DNA from: Cycas panzhihuaensis
Taxonomy: Eukaryota > Plantae > Cycadophyta
Direction of reading: 5' to 3'
Length of the DNA: 64,000 bases
NCBI GenBank assembly: GCA_023213395.1
Contig: CM041465.1
Span: 49,607,741 to 49,671,740, forward strand
Below the pieces are notes generated by a model. It was not told the DNA's origin. It searched no databases and was given only the letters and a program-made list of their open reading frames with translations. Of this stretch, positions 62,332-64,000 are shown piece by piece. The number at the start of each line of letters is the position of its first letter. Positions within the stretch are counted from its first letter, which is position 1. The translations under genes and the position numbers were made by a program.

Positions 62332-64000
62332 TCTTGTACCAGAGAACATTTGTGGATCATGTGTAGTGGGTTGAGTTCCCCATCCTAGCTTGAAGGTCTT
62401 GATCTGCTTTGTAAAGGTGAAGCACCAATTTTAAGTCATTTGGGATGCCATCATCTTGGAGAATGTCCCCCTCCATTGGAATTTCCCGACCTTTTAGAGC
62501 ATAACATTTGGCAATGATCCATGTACCACCCCTTTTAATGAGCCTCTCCATACAGTGTGAGTTGATGATTTGGCTTGGGGAGGAATGATCCCATTCAATT
62601 GATAGTTGATTGCTTCAGAAGTAAATCAGATGAAGAGCTCCTGCATATTTAGTTGAATGGTCCCTAGCGATTTGAGTCATTTTACCCCCAATACAACATT
62701 GACTCCTCGAATGGGAATGGCATACATGGAAGTAGAGAGTTGATAGTCACCCATTTGTAACTTGATGTTGTGACGTTTTTCCCCATAAGACTGTGTCCCT
62801 TCATTAGCCACCATAACCTGGAATTTTTTGATAAGATACGGAAAATAGTTGAGCTCATCAACAAGTTTCCGATTAATGAAATTATGGGTGCTCCCAAAAT
62901 CTATGAGAATGACCACTTTCCTCTCTTGATGTACCCAATAAGTTTGAGTGTTTGTGGAGCCACAATTCCAGCAAGGGCATGCACGGATATAGTAGTGGTA
63001 TCTTCGTCTTCCTGTTCGGGTGGGTCAAATTCATTATTTTTTGGCTCTAAGGAGACTTCTTCTATTGATTTGTCATCTTGAACATCCTTAATGATGAATA
63101 AGGGTCATTCATGACACTTATGTTCTTTGTTCCACTTTTGATTGTAATAAAAACATAACCCTTTCAACCGTTTTTCATCCATCTCTTAGGAAGTCATTCG
63201 TTGCACACCAGGAACTTGAGATTGTGGTTGCTTTTCTCGAAACATTCATAGAAAGTGTTAGGATGCCTTATTTTTTACTTTAATAAGTTGAGCAAACTTG
63301 ATAGTTGTGGAGATGTTATCAGGTTTTAGGAGTCGCAACTCATGTCTAATGTCATCTCATAACCCACCAATGTGCAATTCAAGTAATTTGTCCTGACAGA
63401 GACCATCAATTCTTGTGGAGAGACATTGGTATTTTATCATATAAGCCAAAACAGTGCCCTCCTATCTGACTTTAGCTAATTAGTTGAAGTGGTCGTGATC
63501 CCAGGTAATATCATATTGAGCTATAAGGTCCTTGACAAAACCCTCCCATTGATAAGTAAGCTCGTCAATTGTTTTTGTAACCCATTAGTACCATTGGTAG
63601 GGTTTGATTTCCATGTGCAAAGAGACAAGAGAGATATTCTTGTCAGCTGGAACCTAGCGAAGAGAAAAGTATTGTTCCATTTGGGTGACCTAGGTGTGCA
63701 CATTTGTGCCATTAAGTTTCTTAATTTCCACCTTAGGAAGGAAGTTAGGACAAAAGTGTCTACTATCATTGTCTTCATCTTCCTTATTGAAGCAACCCTC
63801 ACTTGTGTGAATAGTGTCATTGAATTCAATCTTTTCTTCAGACTTGTGATGGTTGTCTTCTTCTCTAGGGAGTTTCACCGTTGTGAGCTCTAGCATCAAC
63901 CTTTCAAAATTTTCATTGAAGTTAGTTTGGATTTGCAACATGTCTCCTTGAAGTTGTGTCAGAGCATCATTGAGATCTTGAGTCCAGTTAGGGTTCATCT

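Larger units (their letters stand above)
49496..64000 (-). mobile_element. Gypsy-R chromovirus (Reina-like) with RT/RNase H deleted; split by Copia-3; continues beyond the window end
   Basis: gag LPKVEIKKLNG (63690-63998), protease ILIDFGSTHNFI (62677-62916), integrase 61307-62360. The reading ...RDGQQ|KLQP*FYGPY continues at 49762 and runs into a chromodomain start (ECIINKR...IIEYLLK) that stops at ~49496. Confidence 0.9.

Overview
AT-rich eukaryotic DNA, almost certainly a land-plant nuclear genome. The retroelement types suggest a non-flowering lineage, but that is inference. About 80% of the window is decayed, nested LTR retrotransposons: six Ty1/Copia elements or relics and six Ty3/Gypsy elements or relics. 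All are riddled with C>T/G>A changes, stops and frameshifts. A CpG-retaining island (~9.8-15.4 kb) holds the only recognisable host gene, a JMJ32/JMJD7-like JmjC pseudogene whose catalytic core appears deleted, plus two Tourist/PIF-like MITEs. A PIF/Harbinger transposase C-terminus lies at 21.9-22.2 kb. I found no intact protein-coding gene, rRNA, complete tRNA or CRISPR array, and no evidence of a complete novel multi-gene system. The most interesting signals are cis-structures in the TEs: (1) an 11-copy GTGCAAC array phased at ~10.5 bp in a Gypsy LTR; (2) tRNA T-arm-complementary repeats in a Copia leader; (3) PPT-in-loop hairpins in both superfamilies; (4) two independent 167/169-bp tandem duplications; (5) MITEs with conserved asymmetric termini; (6) a Gypsy type with four zinc knuckles, a probable tRNA-Tyr PBS and a conserved extra 3' ORF. 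Coordinates and divergence counts were read by eye.
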